Counted from the stretch's first letter, positions 39,918 through 50,580 are shown. The stretch: DNA of 62,246 bases from Gammaproteobacteria bacterium (GCA_029864185.1 JAOTTY010000001.1:1-62246), one strand, 5' to 3'. Notes: generated from the sequence alone by a model not told the origin. Translations and numbers: made by a program.

Positions 39918-40904
39918 TTACTTGACCGGTATATAGAGCGCGGTGCTGATCTCGTTGGAATCGGTCACCCGGTTCGGTTCGTCATGGTAGATCTCGAGCC
40001 ACGGGCGCGCCCGATCGAGTTTTATTTTATGCATGCGGCAATGGCAGAACAGCGCGTACCAGCCCAGCGGGATGAAGCGATGGTCACCGCGTAGCGTCAT
40101 CCTGAAATATCGTCCGCCCCGGAATTCACGCCGCGTATAGTTGGATTGCGGGGTGCTGTCGGTGACCGGAATCGCGACTTCGGCGCGGAAAAGCGATGCC
40201 ATCGGGTCGAACTGCCGGTAAAGGGTAAGCGCCAGGCCGGTTTTCCCCGCGGCGGCGGCCCTGAGCGCCTCGATACTGGACTGGCGGCTCGCCTCGAGCT
40301 GGCGCAGATTGCCGTTGCAGGGAATCGCCCAGTAGCTGAAATCTTCGAGCTCCTGCGTGCCGACAAAAGCGAGCTTCGGATGCGGCGTGGCGTCGTTTAC
40401 GTATCCATTGAGCAGCGCCAGCCCGAGATCATAGTCGCGAACGATCATCGACTCCGTCCGCCTCGTCATAAAACGAAACAGAAACGGCATGCCGCCTTCC
40501 ATCTGCCAGTGCACCAGCGTCTTTCCATTCCGCGATTCGAAGTCCCAGCCAACCTCGCTGACCGACTTGAACGGTCGCGTGAACTCGATTCTTTGGCGTA
40601 TGTTCGTATTTGGCCTGATCGAGACGTGGGTCAGCTTGCCGGCGCCGACTACCTTGCCATCCCAGCTGTAGTAACCGCCTTCACGCTGGTAATCGTCGCC
40701 GTAATCGATGCGGGTGTCGGGTTCGTGCATCAGCCACGGGCTCCAGTGAGGCCAGGACTTGAAATCGACGATCGCTGCAAAAACCACTTCTACCGGCGCC
40801 GCGATCTCGAGGCTACGCCTGACGCGAAACACGCCATCGAGGCTGGCGAGGTAAATCACCGCGACCAGCGGCATGCTGGTAACGATGGCCAGCGCTATCC
40901 ACAT
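39918..40904 (-). CDS. membrane-anchored SRPBCC-domain plus GyrI-like-domain protein
   Basis: The start is moved to ATG 40904 (MWIALAIVTSMPLVAVIYLAS), overlapping the fetB stop by 10 nt. The N-terminal half looks like a polyketide-cyclase/SRPBCC fold. The C-terminal half looks like a GyrI/AraC effector-binding fold (...WLEIYHDEP). Confidence 0.65.
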   Translation of the reverse strand: MWIALAIVTSMPLVAVIYLASLDGVFRVRRSLEIAAPVEVVFAAIVDFKSWPHWSPWLMHEPDTRIDYGDDYQREGGYYSWDGKVVGAGKLTHVSIRPNTNIRQRIEFTRPFKSVSEVGWDFESRNGKTLVHWQMEGGMPFLFRFMTRRTESMIVRDYDLGLALLNGYVNDATPHPKLAFVGTQELEDFSYWAIPCNGNLRQLEASRQSSIEALRAAAAGKTGLALTLYRQFDPMASLFRAEVAIPVTDSTPQSNYTRREFRGGRYFRMTLRGDHRFIPLGWYALFCHCRMHKIKLDRARPWLEIYHDEPNRVTDSNEISTALYIPVK

Positions 40905-41626
40905 CTGTCTGCACCCGCCTGATCGACTTCCTTGTTGCGTTGCGCGCGCAGCAGCCACAGGAACAGCGCGGCCGAAATACCGGCCGAGCTGAAAATCATG
41001 CACATCACGATAATCTGGTAGCGCGCCGCGATTAACGGCGAAGTGCCGGCGAGGATTTGCCCCGTCATCATACCGGGCAGCGAGACCAGGCCGACCGCGA
41101 GCAACGAATTGGTAATCGGTATCAGCGCCGCCTGGAAGGCGGTATTCCTGGCGCGCGCGTAATCGTTGTGGTGCCCCAGCTCGCTGTAAAGCCTTTCGCC
41201 GGCAAGGCTGACGCTGTTCATCGAGTTCGAAAAAATCATGCCGGCCAGCGGAATCATGACCGCCGGCTGGTACCAGGGGTCGGCATGCAGCACGCCCTGG
41301 GTGATCAGTACGAGGTTGAAAATACCGCCGACCGCAATCGACGCCAGGCTATAGCCAAGCAGCGTAGAGCGCTTGACCGGCATCGCACCCAGCGCGATCC
41401 AGCTGGCGGCGAGCAGCATGAAACTCAAAACCGCGAGGATGATCCACTGGTTGTTCGCCCTGAAGATAAATTCCAGCGTATAGCCTATCAACAGCAGCTG
41501 GATCAGCATGCGCAGTATCGCAATACTCGCGTGTTTGAGGCTGTTCGACCAGAAGAATATCAGCACCAGGGTGGCCAGTACCGGGATAAAAGCGACCGCG
41601 ATATCGGCCAGCGTTAGGGCGTACAT
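40895..41626 (-). CDS. fetB: FetB/YbbM (UPF0014) family ABC-type permease
   Basis: Aligns by eye with E. coli FetB: IQLLLIGYTLEFIF, IPLAGMIFSNSMN, ALIPITNSLLAVGLVSLPGMMTGQILAG and YQIIVM. Confidence 0.75.
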   Translation of the reverse strand: MYALTLADIAVAFIPVLATLVLIFFWSNSLKHASIAILRMLIQLLLIGYTLEFIFRANNQWIILAVLSFMLLAASWIALGAMPVKRSTLLGYSLASIAVGGIFNLVLITQGVLHADPWYQPAVMIPLAGMIFSNSMNSVSLAGERLYSELGHHNDYARARNTAFQAALIPITNSLLAVGLVSLPGMMTGQILAGTSPLIAARYQIIVMCMIFSSAGISAALFLWLLRAQRNKEVDQAGADRCG

Positions 41627-42016
41627 CTAGCGGTAATCTTCCCAGTAATGTTCCTGGTCCTGGTGTGGAATTTCGGGGCTCTCGGGATCGTCGTGCTTAT
41701 CCTCGGGCGCTTCGTCCTGCAGCTTGTCGCGAACATTCTCTTCCAGGTAGCAGTAGATCGTTTTGCGCAGTGAATTCAGGAACGAATCCTCCATTTCGAA
41801 TTCGAGTTCCACGAGCAGGTCGATGACGATTTCAAGGGATAGTTTATCCAGAGAGTAGATGATATGGACGCTGTGCTCGCTGTGCGGGGCCGCGAGGACG
41901 ATGCCGTCGATGCCGGCAAGTGCCTGGCAGGCGGCTAAAGCCTGGCAGGCCGGGTCGTCGCTCTGCTTCAGGTAAATGCGGCGACATCGATAGCGGTCCG
42001 CGTCCTCCATGGACAA
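41627..42016 (-). CDS. acidic hypothetical protein
   Basis: 129 aa. Its TAG stop abuts the fetB ATG directly. An internal ACQALA-ACQALA repeat differs only at synonymous positions, which supports real coding. Confidence 0.6.
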   Translation of the reverse strand: MSMEDADRYRCRRIYLKQSDDPACQALAACQALAGIDGIVLAAPHSEHSVHIIYSLDKLSLEIVIDLLVELEFEMEDSFLNSLRKTIYCYLEENVRDKLQDEAPEDKHDDPESPEIPHQDQEHYWEDYR

Positions 42017-42201
42017 AGCCTACGCTCCCGCCCGCCTATTTTCAATTTTTTCTGCCCGCCCTACCGACGGCACCGGGATTCGTGTGGGCCGGGTAAAAGT
42101 ATGGCCTCGGTCAGGTCTCTGCGCCAACCGGAAATCGCCGCTGCTGCGGGTTGCGCGCCCTGGCAACCTGGAGGGTAAGACAAACTGTGTCGGTATTTCC
42201 G

Positions 42202-43056
42202 TCAGCGGCCGGGTTCGTCGAGCCGACCGCGGCTCACGCGTGGCAGGTCGTTATGATCGAAAGCACAGCGGATTTCGACGAAATCCCTTGCTTGCAGCAG
42301 GTCTGCGACCGCCGCCTGCTGGTCATAACCGTGTTCGATCAACAGGACGCCCCCAGGAGCGAGGTAACGCGGCGATTCGCCGACGATGGTATCGATCGCT
42401 TCGAGGCCGCTGTTCCCGGGAGACAGGGCGATGGCGGGCTCGGCCGGCAGATCGCCCTCGGTCAGGAACGGGTGATCAGCGGCAATATAGGGCGGGTTTG
42501 ACACGATCAGGTCGAAAGTCGACCCGGGCGCGAGCCCTGCATACCAGTCCGATTCGATGAAATCTATTTCGACGCCGTGCGTGAGCGCGTTGTCGCGCGC
42601 CAGTGCCAGGCAGGCCGGGTCGACATCGGTGGCGTATACCCGCAGCCTGGGGCGGTTTTTTTTTAACGCGATCGCGATAACACCCGCGCCGGTGCCAAGA
42701 TCGCATACCCGCAGTGGCTGGTCGAGCGGAATCTCGTTCAACGCCAGTTCGACCAGCAATTCGGTCTCGGGCCTTGGCACCAGTGCCGCCGGGCTGGTTG
42801 CGAACTCCATCGAGAAGAACTCGCGCTTGCCGAGCAGGTAGGCGACCGGAGTAGGCTCGAGGCGCCTGTGCACGAGCGCGCGAAAGCTCAGCCAGCAGGA
42901 ATCACTGAGTTTTTCTGCGGGCCAGCTGTACAGGTAACTGCGCGGTTTTTCGAGGCAGTGCGACAGTAATAACTCGGCGTCGAGGCGGGCACTGTCGCTG
43001 CAGGTTTCCATCTGCTCCGCGGCCCAGCGAAGCGCCGTGTCGATTTGTTCACTCAT
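42202..43056 (-). CDS. prmC: release factor glutamine N5-methyltransferase
   Basis: CDLGTGAGVIAIAL and VSNPPYI. Confidence 0.92.
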   Translation of the reverse strand: MSEQIDTALRWAAEQMETCSDSARLDAELLLSHCLEKPRSYLYSWPAEKLSDSCWLSFRALVHRRLEPTPVAYLLGKREFFSMEFATSPAALVPRPETELLVELALNEIPLDQPLRVCDLGTGAGVIAIALKKNRPRLRVYATDVDPACLALARDNALTHGVEIDFIESDWYAGLAPGSTFDLIVSNPPYIAADHPFLTEGDLPAEPAIALSPGNSGLEAIDTIVGESPRYLAPGGVLLIEHGYDQQAAVADLLQARDFVEIRCAFDHNDLPRVSRGRLDEPGR

Positions 43057-43532
43057 GGACTATGAACTGGTTCACTATGGAATTTTCCGGATTAACCTAT
43101 ATATAGCATTGTGTACATCAATACCTCCTCCCCCGAACTATTGATGATATCACGTGGCCAGGGACGGCCTTCCTTTTCTGGCGCCGCGAGGGAATCGAAT
43201 GCGGCGTTAAAATTTCTCGCAAACCGCTCGCATAGTTAAAGGTATTGCTCGCGCTATCGCGAGAAACCTTGCCTTGCATTTGATTCCTTCGCGACATCGG
43301 AAATCCCGATAATCGAACGCCTTGCTCTTGCCGCGCTGGTGGGTCCGGAATTCTTCGACTTGTTGTCATCCTCGCACAAGCGGGGATCTTGTGACGGTGC
43401 CGTCATCTCGATATCCCGCACAAGGGCGTCGCTGCCCCATTCGCAATCAGATTATCGGGGAACATAATACCTATCCTCGCGGTTGGCGAATCCTGCGTTA
43501 GATTGAAAACTGCCTGCCGGGACGGAACCGGG

Positions 43533-44633
43533 TCAGGCAATCCCCAGGTTTTCGTCGCTTAGCCTGGCGAGCTGCTCGGCCTGGTATTCATGCATCAGGG
43601 GATCGACAACCTGCTCGAGGTTACCGTGCATAATTTCATCGAGCTTGTACAAGGTCAGGTTTATGCGGTGATCGGTCATCCGGCCCTGCGGAAAATTATA
43701 GGTGCGGATTCGTTCGGAGCGATCACCGCCACCGACCAGCGATTTGCGCTCGGCGGCCTGTTCCGCGTCCTGCTTCTGTTTCTCGGCGTCGTAGATCCGT
43801 GCCTGCAACAGCGACATCGCGCGCGCCTTGTTTTTGTGTTGTGAGCGCTCGTCCTGGCATTCCACCACGGTGCCGGTCGGGATGTGGGTCAGGCGAATCG
43901 CCGAATCGGTCTTGTTGACATGCTGTCCGCCGGCGCCGGAGGCGCGAAACGTGTCGATACGCAGGTCGGCCGGATTTATCTCGATCATTTGTACCTCCTC
44001 GCTTTCCGGGATTATCGCGACGGTCGCGGCCGAGGTATGCACCCGACCCTGCGATTCGGTCTCCGGCACGCGCTGCACCCGGTGTGCGCCGGATTCGAAT
44101 TTCAGATGCGAGTAAGCGCCATTGCCGATAATGCGCGCGATGATTTCCTTGTAGCCACCATGTTCGCCTTCGCTACTGTTCAGGATCTCGAGCTGCCATT
44201 TCTGCGACTCGGCGTAGCGGCTATACATACGAAACAGATCGCCGGCAAAAATTGCGGCCTCGTCGCCGCCGGTGCCCGCACGAATCTCGAGAAATACGTT
44301 GGCGCTATCGTTGGGATCTTTAGGCAGCAGCAGCCTCTGCAGCTCGACCTCCAGTTTTTCGATTTTTGCGGCGTTCGCGGCAATTTCGTCTTCGGCAAGT
44401 TCGCGCATTTCCGAGTCTTCGTCGGCAAGCATCTCCCTGGCCGAGGCGAGTGACGCTTGCGCCTGCTGGTAGGCGGTAAAGTTTTTCACGAGATCTTCGA
44501 GCTGCGCATACTCCATAGACAGGTTGCGAAATCGATTCTGGTCATTGATCACCTCGATATCCGACAGCAACCCGGCAATTTCCTCGTGCCTGGAGCAAAG
44601 CGTTTCAAGCTTGTTCAGCAGTGATTCTTTCAT
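43533..44633 (-). CDS. prfA: peptide chain release factor 1
   Basis: [11 protein letters not shown] (GGQ) and [18 protein letters not shown]. Confidence 0.96.
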   Translation of the reverse strand: MKESLLNKLETLCSRHEEIAGLLSDIEVINDQNRFRNLSMEYAQLEDLVKNFTAYQQAQASLASAREMLADEDSEMRELAEDEIAANAAKIEKLEVELQRLLLPKDPNDSANVFLEIRAGTGGDEAAIFAGDLFRMYSRYAESQKWQLEILNSSEGEHGGYKEIIARIIGNGAYSHLKFESGAHRVQRVPETESQGRVHTSAATVAIIPESEEVQMIEINPADLRIDTFRASGAGGQHVNKTDSAIRLTHIPTGTVVECQDERSQHKNKARAMSLLQARIYDAEKQKQDAEQAAERKSLVGGGDRSERIRTYNFPQGRMTDHRINLTLYKLDEIMHGNLEQVVDPLMHEYQAEQLARLSDENLGIA

Positions 44634-44640
44634 CGGGAAT

Positions 44641-45894
44641 TTACGAGTCGGGGCTAATCAGCGATTTCAGCAGCCGGATGCGTTCTTCATCTTCGCTTTG
44701 CAGCGCCTTGCGCATTTCGATGGTGGGCTTGTGCAACAGCTTGTTGGTAATTTCGTTGGCGAGACGCTCCAGCGTCTGCTGTGGATCCGAATCTTTCCTG
44801 AGCTGTGCCAGCGCCTTCTCGATCGCTTGCTGCTTGATCAATTCAGCGCTATCGCGTAGTTGCCGGATCTGGTCCGAGGACTGGTGGGTTTTCAGCCAGC
44901 GATTGAAGGCGGTCACCTCGAGGTTGATGATTTCCTGGGCCGCCTCGGCGGCGAGTTCGCGGCCGCGCAGATTTTCATCCACGACGGTTTTCAGATCGTC
45001 GACGGTATAAAGATAAATATCCTGCAAGTCGCCGACCTCGGGTTCGATATCGCGCGGAACGGCAAGATCGACCATAAAAATGGGGCGACGTTTGCGTTGC
45101 TTAAGCGCCGACTCGGTCGCGCCCTTGCCGAGAATCGGCAGCTGGCTCGCGGTTGACGAAATCACGATATCGGCGCGTACCAGCTGCTCCGGCACAGCGC
45201 TGATCTGCACGACGTCGGCGCCGACCTGATCCGCCAGCGCCAGGGCGCGTCCGGCGCTTCGATTGGCGATCGTCATCGATCCGATTTGCTGGCTTTTCAG
45301 GTGCCGGGATACCAGTTCGATGGTTTCCCCGGCACCAATCAGCAGCGCGTGCAGGTGGTCCAGTTTGCCAAAGATCTGCTTCGACAGGTTCACTGCCGCG
45401 AACGCGACCGACACCGGGTTAGAGCCTATCTCGGTATCGGTGCGCACCCGCTTGGCCACGCTGAACGAGTGCTGAAAGAGCCGGTCGAGGATCGAGTTGA
45501 CGGTATTGTCGTTGCGCGCCTGGTCGTAGGAAGTCTTCAGCTGGCCGAGAATCTGGGGCTCGCCGAGCACCATCGAATCGAGCCCGGAGGCGACGCGGAA
45601 CAGGTGGCGTGCGACTTCCTGATCGCTGTGCCGGTATATATAAGGTGACAGACCGTCGTCGTTGATTCCGTGGTGCGAAGTCAGCCAGTGCGTGATGACC
45701 TCGCTGCAGTCCGACGATGCGTCGCAGTAGATTTCGGTACGGTTACAGGTCGACACGATCACCGATTCATTTATCGCCGGAATGTCCTGCAGCTCGTGCA
45801 ACGCCTTGCTCATCTGCTCGGGTGCAAACGCGACCTTTTCGCGTATGTCGACCGGAGCGGTTAGATGATTGATGCCAAGAGACAGTAAGGCCAT
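44641..45894 (-). CDS. hemA: glutamyl-tRNA reductase
   Basis: [21 protein letters not shown] and STCNRTEIY. Confidence 0.95.
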   Translation of the reverse strand: MALLSLGINHLTAPVDIREKVAFAPEQMSKALHELQDIPAINESVIVSTCNRTEIYCDASSDCSEVITHWLTSHHGINDDGLSPYIYRHSDQEVARHLFRVASGLDSMVLGEPQILGQLKTSYDQARNDNTVNSILDRLFQHSFSVAKRVRTDTEIGSNPVSVAFAAVNLSKQIFGKLDHLHALLIGAGETIELVSRHLKSQQIGSMTIANRSAGRALALADQVGADVVQISAVPEQLVRADIVISSTASQLPILGKGATESALKQRKRRPIFMVDLAVPRDIEPEVGDLQDIYLYTVDDLKTVVDENLRGRELAAEAAQEIINLEVTAFNRWLKTHQSSDQIRQLRDSAELIKQQAIEKALAQLRKDSDPQQTLERLANEITNKLLHKPTIEMRKALQSEDEERIRLLKSLISPDS

Positions 45895-46033
45895 GATTCA
45901 GGTAAGGTTTTCGCCAACGGGAGATTTTCGGGTATACGGCTGCCAAATACAACATCCGTGGAACAAATCTCAGTAAATACAATCATAAATCCAGATGCTA
46001 CACTCCCATTAGTCCACAAAAACGGAGACAAGT

Positions 46034-47770
46034 TTGAGATCTGTCCGTCACAACTTTCGCTTTGCCCTGATCGCCGCATGCTTGCTGTCGGCAGGCTGTG
46101 CCAGCCTGCAGCAGGCGACTTCCGGGGGCAGGAGCCTGCTCGGGCAGCAGCAGACGCAGGTAAATCCCGTCAAATCACAGCAGGATGCGGTTGCCGATGC
46201 CACCTACGAGCTGTTGGTGGCCGAAATTGCCCTGAATCAGGGTGATACGGAGCTTGCGATAAAGCACTACCTGGCGCTTGCGCGCAGCCAGGACAACCCC
46301 GAAATCGCCGAACGCGCGGTGCGGGTTGCGGTATACGGGCAGGATCTGGAGGCCGCGGTGCAATCGGCGCAGCGCTGGATCGAGCTGGACCCGGACCGGG
46401 TCGAGGCACGCCAGGTTATCGCGGCGATATACGTACGCCAGGATAAAATCCAGGAGGCCTTCGATTATATCGACGGCATGATCAGGACCACGGACCTGGA
46501 TGACGCAGACCTGTTCCCGCCGCTGCTCGGTATTCTGGCACGAGAAAAGAACGCCAATACGGTGCTTGCCGTGTCGCAGCGTATCGCCTACGAGTACCCG
46601 GAGCGCGCTTACGCCCAGTATCTGCACGGCATGCTGGCGGCACAAAACGGCCGCTCCGAAGAGGCGCTGAGGTTTCTGAACCGGTCGATCGAAATCGCCG
46701 AAATCGAAGGCGTGCACTCGGCGCGGGCGAAGGTGCTGCTCAGGCTGGGTCGCCCCGACGAGGCCGTGGTCAGCCTGCAGAAGGCCGTGGAGGGCAATCC
46801 CGACGATCAGAGCCTGCGCCTCACCTACGCGCGCCTGCTGGTCGACGTCAAGGAGTATGAAAAAGCACGCGTCGAATTCGAAAAGCTGCACCAGGCGTCG
46901 CCGAACGACGCCGAACTTCTTTATACCCTGGGTCTGCTTTCGCTCGAGTCCCAGCGCCTGGACGATGCGGAAAAATACATGATGATGCTGGTCAGGTTGA
47001 ACCAGCGTGAAGGCGAGGCGCAATATTACCTCGGGCGTATCAATGAAAATCGCAAGGACTATGAGGCCGCGATCGACTGGTACCGGCAGGTGCACGTCGG
47101 CGAGTACAAGTTCGACGCCCGGCTTCGAATCGCGGATATGCTCGGTAACCTGGAGCGCACCGATGAAGCCATCGAGCACCTCGACGCAATGCTCAGGGGC
47201 AGCCAGTCGAACGGATCCCTGGTGCGGATCTACATCACCAAGGGCGAGCTGTTGCGCTCCGCGAGGCGTTACCAGCAGGCGATGGACGTGTTCGACACCG
47301 CGCTCGGAATCGTTCCGGGTAACAGCGACCTGCTGTACGCGCGCGCGCTGGTCGCAGAGAAACTGGGTCGCATCGATCAGCTCGAGGCAGATATTAAAAC
47401 CATACTGAAGACCGAGCCCGACAACGCGCACGCGCTTAATGCGCTCGGGTTTACGCTGGCCGATCAAACCGAACGCTATCAGGAGGCTTACGATTACCTC
47501 AAGCGCGCGATCGAAATAATGCCCGACGATCCCGCCATCATTGACAGCTGGGGCTGGGTTCACTACCGGCTGGGCGACTACGAGACTGCCATCAGCCTGC
47601 TACGCAAGGCACTCTCCCGCTTCGACGATGCCGAGATAGCGGCGCATCTCGGAGAGGTGTTATGGGCCAGCGGCCAGCAGCAGGAAGCTCGCGAGATCTG
47701 GCAAAAGGCGCTGAAAAAATCACCAGACGATCCAATGCTGCAGGAAGTAATGCAGCGATTTATCCCCTGA
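46034..47770 (+). CDS. TPR-repeat lipoprotein (conserved partner upstream of lolB)
   Basis: TTG start, lipobox LLSAGC and many TPR units. Position divergent from hemA and upstream of lolB-ispE. Confidence 0.8.
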   Translation: MRSVRHNFRFALIAACLLSAGCASLQQATSGGRSLLGQQQTQVNPVKSQQDAVADATYELLVAEIALNQGDTELAIKHYLALARSQDNPEIAERAVRVAVYGQDLEAAVQSAQRWIELDPDRVEARQVIAAIYVRQDKIQEAFDYIDGMIRTTDLDDADLFPPLLGILAREKNANTVLAVSQRIAYEYPERAYAQYLHGMLAAQNGRSEEALRFLNRSIEIAEIEGVHSARAKVLLRLGRPDEAVVSLQKAVEGNPDDQSLRLTYARLLVDVKEYEKARVEFEKLHQASPNDAELLYTLGLLSLESQRLDDAEKYMMMLVRLNQREGEAQYYLGRINENRKDYEAAIDWYRQVHVGEYKFDARLRIADMLGNLERTDEAIEHLDAMLRGSQSNGSLVRIYITKGELLRSARRYQQAMDVFDTALGIVPGNSDLLYARALVAEKLGRIDQLEADIKTILKTEPDNAHALNALGFTLADQTERYQEAYDYLKRAIEIMPDDPAIIDSWGWVHYRLGDYETAISLLRKALSRFDDAEIAAHLGEVLWASGQQQEAREIWQKALKKSPDDPMLQEVMQRFIP

Positions 47771-47784
47771 GATCCGTCCGCGGC

Positions 47785-48429
47785 TTGCTACGATTCCTGT
47801 CCCTTGCTGTTGTCGCATTGGCGATCGCCGGTTGCAGCCAGCTGGGTGGTATTTCCGAAAACGACGAGGCGCAGCGACTCTGGCGGAGCCGGCAGGAGGC
47901 CATGCGACTGGTCGACAACTGGAATATTTACGCCCGCGCCGCGATTACCGTTGAAAGCGGAGCCTACAACATAAGCCTGCGCTGGGAGCGTGACGCGCGG
48001 CGCTATATGATGCTGCTGGATGCGCCGTTCGGGCAGGGTGTATTTCGGATCGATGCCGATGCTGCCGATCGCTACCGGCTGCGGCTGCCGGATGGCCAGG
48101 TCTATGACAACAGTACGCCCGAGGCCCTGCTGGAGGAAGTGATCGGCTGGTCCCTGCCGATCAGCGGTCTCGAGTACTGGATCCGTGGCGTACCCCGCCC
48201 GGGCAGCGAATACACCCGACGCATTTACCAGGACGGTCGCGCGCGATCGATCGGCCAGGACCGCTGGGTAATCGATTACCTCGACTATTTTTCCGATACG
48301 CTGGAAGCACCGTTGCCGCGCAGGATAAAATTGGCGCGGGACGAACTGACGCTGAAGCTCGTGATCGAACGCTGGCAGCTACCCGCAGCCGAGCAGACGC
48401 CGTCGGACCTGTTCCCCGAGTTCAACTAG
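47785..48429 (+). CDS. lolB: outer-membrane lipoprotein receptor LolB (start uncertain)
   Basis: Lipobox LAIAGC-SQ. Position between the TPR gene and ispE. The tracked ATG 47662 would overlap the TPR gene by 109 nt, so TTG 47785 (or CTG 47767) is more plausible. Confidence 0.7.
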   Translation: MLRFLSLAVVALAIAGCSQLGGISENDEAQRLWRSRQEAMRLVDNWNIYARAAITVESGAYNISLRWERDARRYMMLLDAPFGQGVFRIDADAADRYRLRLPDGQVYDNSTPEALLEEVIGWSLPISGLEYWIRGVPRPGSEYTRRIYQDGRARSIGQDRWVIDYLDYFSDTLEAPLPRRIKLARDELTLKLVIERWQLPAAEQTPSDLFPEFN

Positions 48430-48430
48430 C

Positions 48431-49279
48431 ATGTCCGAGGTACTGCGCCTGTCCGCCCCGGCAAAGCTCAACCTGATGCTGCATGTGACCGGGCGCCGTG
48501 ACGACGGTTATCACTTGCTCGAGACCGTATTCCAGTTTATCGACCTGTGTGACCGGCTAGAATTCCGCCTTGGCGACGACTCCCGCATCCGCCGCGAGCC
48601 TGGCGGTACGCCGATCGCCGCTGCCGATGATATTCTGGTCAGGGCAGCGAGCCTGCTGCAGGCGCGCTACGAAGTGAGGCAGGGGGTTAGTATCACCGTC
48701 GAAAAACGAATTCCGATCGGCGGAGGGCTGGGCGGCGGCAGTTCCGATGCGGCCACCTGCCTGCTTGCGCTTAACCGGCTCTGGGGCCTCGGGCTCGCGC
48801 TCGACGAGCTTGCCGCGACAGGACTCGAAATCGGGGCCGACGTCCCGGTTTTCGTGCGCGGCAGGGCGGCCTGGGCGAGCGGCATCGGCGAACAGCTGCA
48901 GAGTATCGAGCTGGATGAACCGGTTTACGTCGTAATCGACCCCGGGGTCGCGGTTTCTACCGCCCAAATATTTGCCGCTCAAGAATTGACACGAAACTGC
49001 GATCCGCTCACAATACGCGCCTTTCTGCGGGGCTCGGGCACCAATGTATGCGAGCCGGTGGTGCGAAACCGGTACCCGGAGGTCGGCGCTGCGATCGACT
49101 GGTTAGGCCGTTACGGGGATGCCAGGATGAGCGGAAGCGGCGCCTGCGTATTCACCGTCTTCGATAGCCTTGAGCTGGCGGAAGAGGTAAAATCGAGGGT
49201 TCCGAAAAAATGGACAGGATTTGTTGCCAGGGCAATGAATCGCAATCCGGTACACCGGCAGCTGGGGCTGCAGGAGTAA
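48431..49279 (+). CDS. ispE: 4-diphosphocytidyl-2-C-methyl-D-erythritol kinase
   Basis: GHMP kinase motif IPIGGGLGGGSSDAA. Confidence 0.93.
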   Translation: MSEVLRLSAPAKLNLMLHVTGRRDDGYHLLETVFQFIDLCDRLEFRLGDDSRIRREPGGTPIAAADDILVRAASLLQARYEVRQGVSITVEKRIPIGGGLGGGSSDAATCLLALNRLWGLGLALDELAATGLEIGADVPVFVRGRAAWASGIGEQLQSIELDEPVYVVIDPGVAVSTAQIFAAQELTRNCDPLTIRAFLRGSGTNVCEPVVRNRYPEVGAAIDWLGRYGDARMSGSGACVFTVFDSLELAEEVKSRVPKKWTGFVARAMNRNPVHRQLGLQE

Positions 49280-49378
49280 AGCGAATTATCGGATCGCCGC
49301 AGGCCCTGCAGTAGTTTGCGGAAAATGGACAGCAACTTGAATCCGGGCAACTGGAATTGCCGATTGAAAGAGAATTAT

Positions 49379-49453
49379 TGGGCCGTCGCCAAGTGGTAAG
49401 GCACCAGGTTTTGATCCTGGCATTCGTTGGTTCGAATCCAGCCGGCCCAGCCA
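49379..49453 (+). tRNA. tRNA-Gln (anticodon TTG)
   Basis: TGGGCCG acceptor stem pairs with CGGCCCA. Anticodon arm is CCAGG-TTTTGAT-CCTGG. T arm has GGTTCGAATCC. CCA is encoded. Close to E. coli tRNA-Gln. Confidence 0.93.
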
Positions 49454-49537
49454 AATTAAGGCGTTGTCAGCCGAGGTAGTGCAGAGCGCACCACCCGGCG
49501 GGCTGGCCACAGGAATTTCAGTAGACGAGAGAATCCG

Positions 49538-50503
49538 ATGATCGGCAGCGTAATCCCGGACGACTTGATGGTTTTCACCGGGAATGCCAATACGGAGTTG
49601 GCGCGTACCATCGTGCGGCATCTCGACATCCCGCTTGGCATCGCCTCCGTTGGTACCTTCAGCGATGGCGAAATCTCGGTCGAGATCGGCGAAAACGTGC
49701 GTGGCAAGGATGTTTTTATAATCCAGCCGACCTGCGCGCCTACCAACGATCATCTGATGGAATTGCTGGTGATGATCGATGCGATCAACCGGGCATCATC
49801 GGACCGGGTAACCGCGGTAATTCCCTATTTCGGGTATGCGCGCCAGGACCGGCGGGTACGCTCGCAGCGGGTGCCGATTACCGCCAAGGTGGTGGCGAAC
49901 ATGCTGACCTGCGTCGGCGTGGATCGCGTGCTCACCGTTGATTTGCACGCGGACCAGATCCAGGGCTTTTTCGAATGCCCGGTGGATAACGTGTATGCAT
50001 CGCCGATCCTGATGGGCGATATCTGGAAGCAGAAGTACCCGGATATGATCGTGGTTTCTCCCGATGTCGGCGGCGTGGTGCGGGCCCGGGCTATCGCAAA
50101 GCAGCTCGACGAGGCCGAACTTGCGATTATCGATAAACGTCGACCGCAGCCGAATATGGCCAAGGTCATGAATATTATCGGTGAAGTAGAAGGCCACAGC
50201 TGTATCATCGTCGACGACATGGTGGACACCGCGGGCACGCTTTGCGAGGCCGCCGCCGCGCTGAAAGGCGAGGGCGCAAAAGGCGTATTCGCCTATTGTA
50301 CCCATCCGGTGCTGTCGGGCAGGGCGATAGAGAACATCGAAAACTCGGTCATGGACGAGCTGGTGGTTACCGATACGATTCCGCTGTCGGCCGAGGCCGC
50401 GGCCTGTACGCGGATTCGCCAGGTATCGGTGGCGGGGATGCTCGCGGAGACGATCCGCCGCGTCCACAATGAAGAATCGGTCAGTTCCCTGTATATGGAC
50501 TGA
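49538..50503 (+). CDS. prs: ribose-phosphate pyrophosphokinase
   Basis: [19 protein letters not shown] and [11 protein letters not shown]. Confidence 0.95.
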   Translation: MIGSVIPDDLMVFTGNANTELARTIVRHLDIPLGIASVGTFSDGEISVEIGENVRGKDVFIIQPTCAPTNDHLMELLVMIDAINRASSDRVTAVIPYFGYARQDRRVRSQRVPITAKVVANMLTCVGVDRVLTVDLHADQIQGFFECPVDNVYASPILMGDIWKQKYPDMIVVSPDVGGVVRARAIAKQLDEAELAIIDKRRPQPNMAKVMNIIGEVEGHSCIIVDDMVDTAGTLCEAAAALKGEGAKGVFAYCTHPVLSGRAIENIENSVMDELVVTDTIPLSAEAAACTRIRQVSVAGMLAETIRRVHNEESVSSLYMD

Positions 50504-50555
50504 CGATGGCCGTGTGAGCGGCTTTTTCAGCCCTGTCTGGTCGCAAGACAGGCCT

Positions 50556-50580
50556 CCGTCTGCGGACGGTTTTTTATTTT
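50556..50580 (+). terminator. rho-independent terminator after prs
   Basis: CCGTC-TGCG-GACGG followed by TTTTTTATTTT. It is preceded by a second hairpin, CCTGTCT...AGACAGG, at 50532-50552. Confidence 0.7.

Noticed and set aside
43118-43369. 83-aa ORF in the prfA-prmC spacer
   Set aside because: It is extremely basic. Third-position G+C is only about 50%, against clearly higher values in neighbouring genes. No motif and no convincing ribosome-binding site. It is treated as non-coding within the unexplained spacer.
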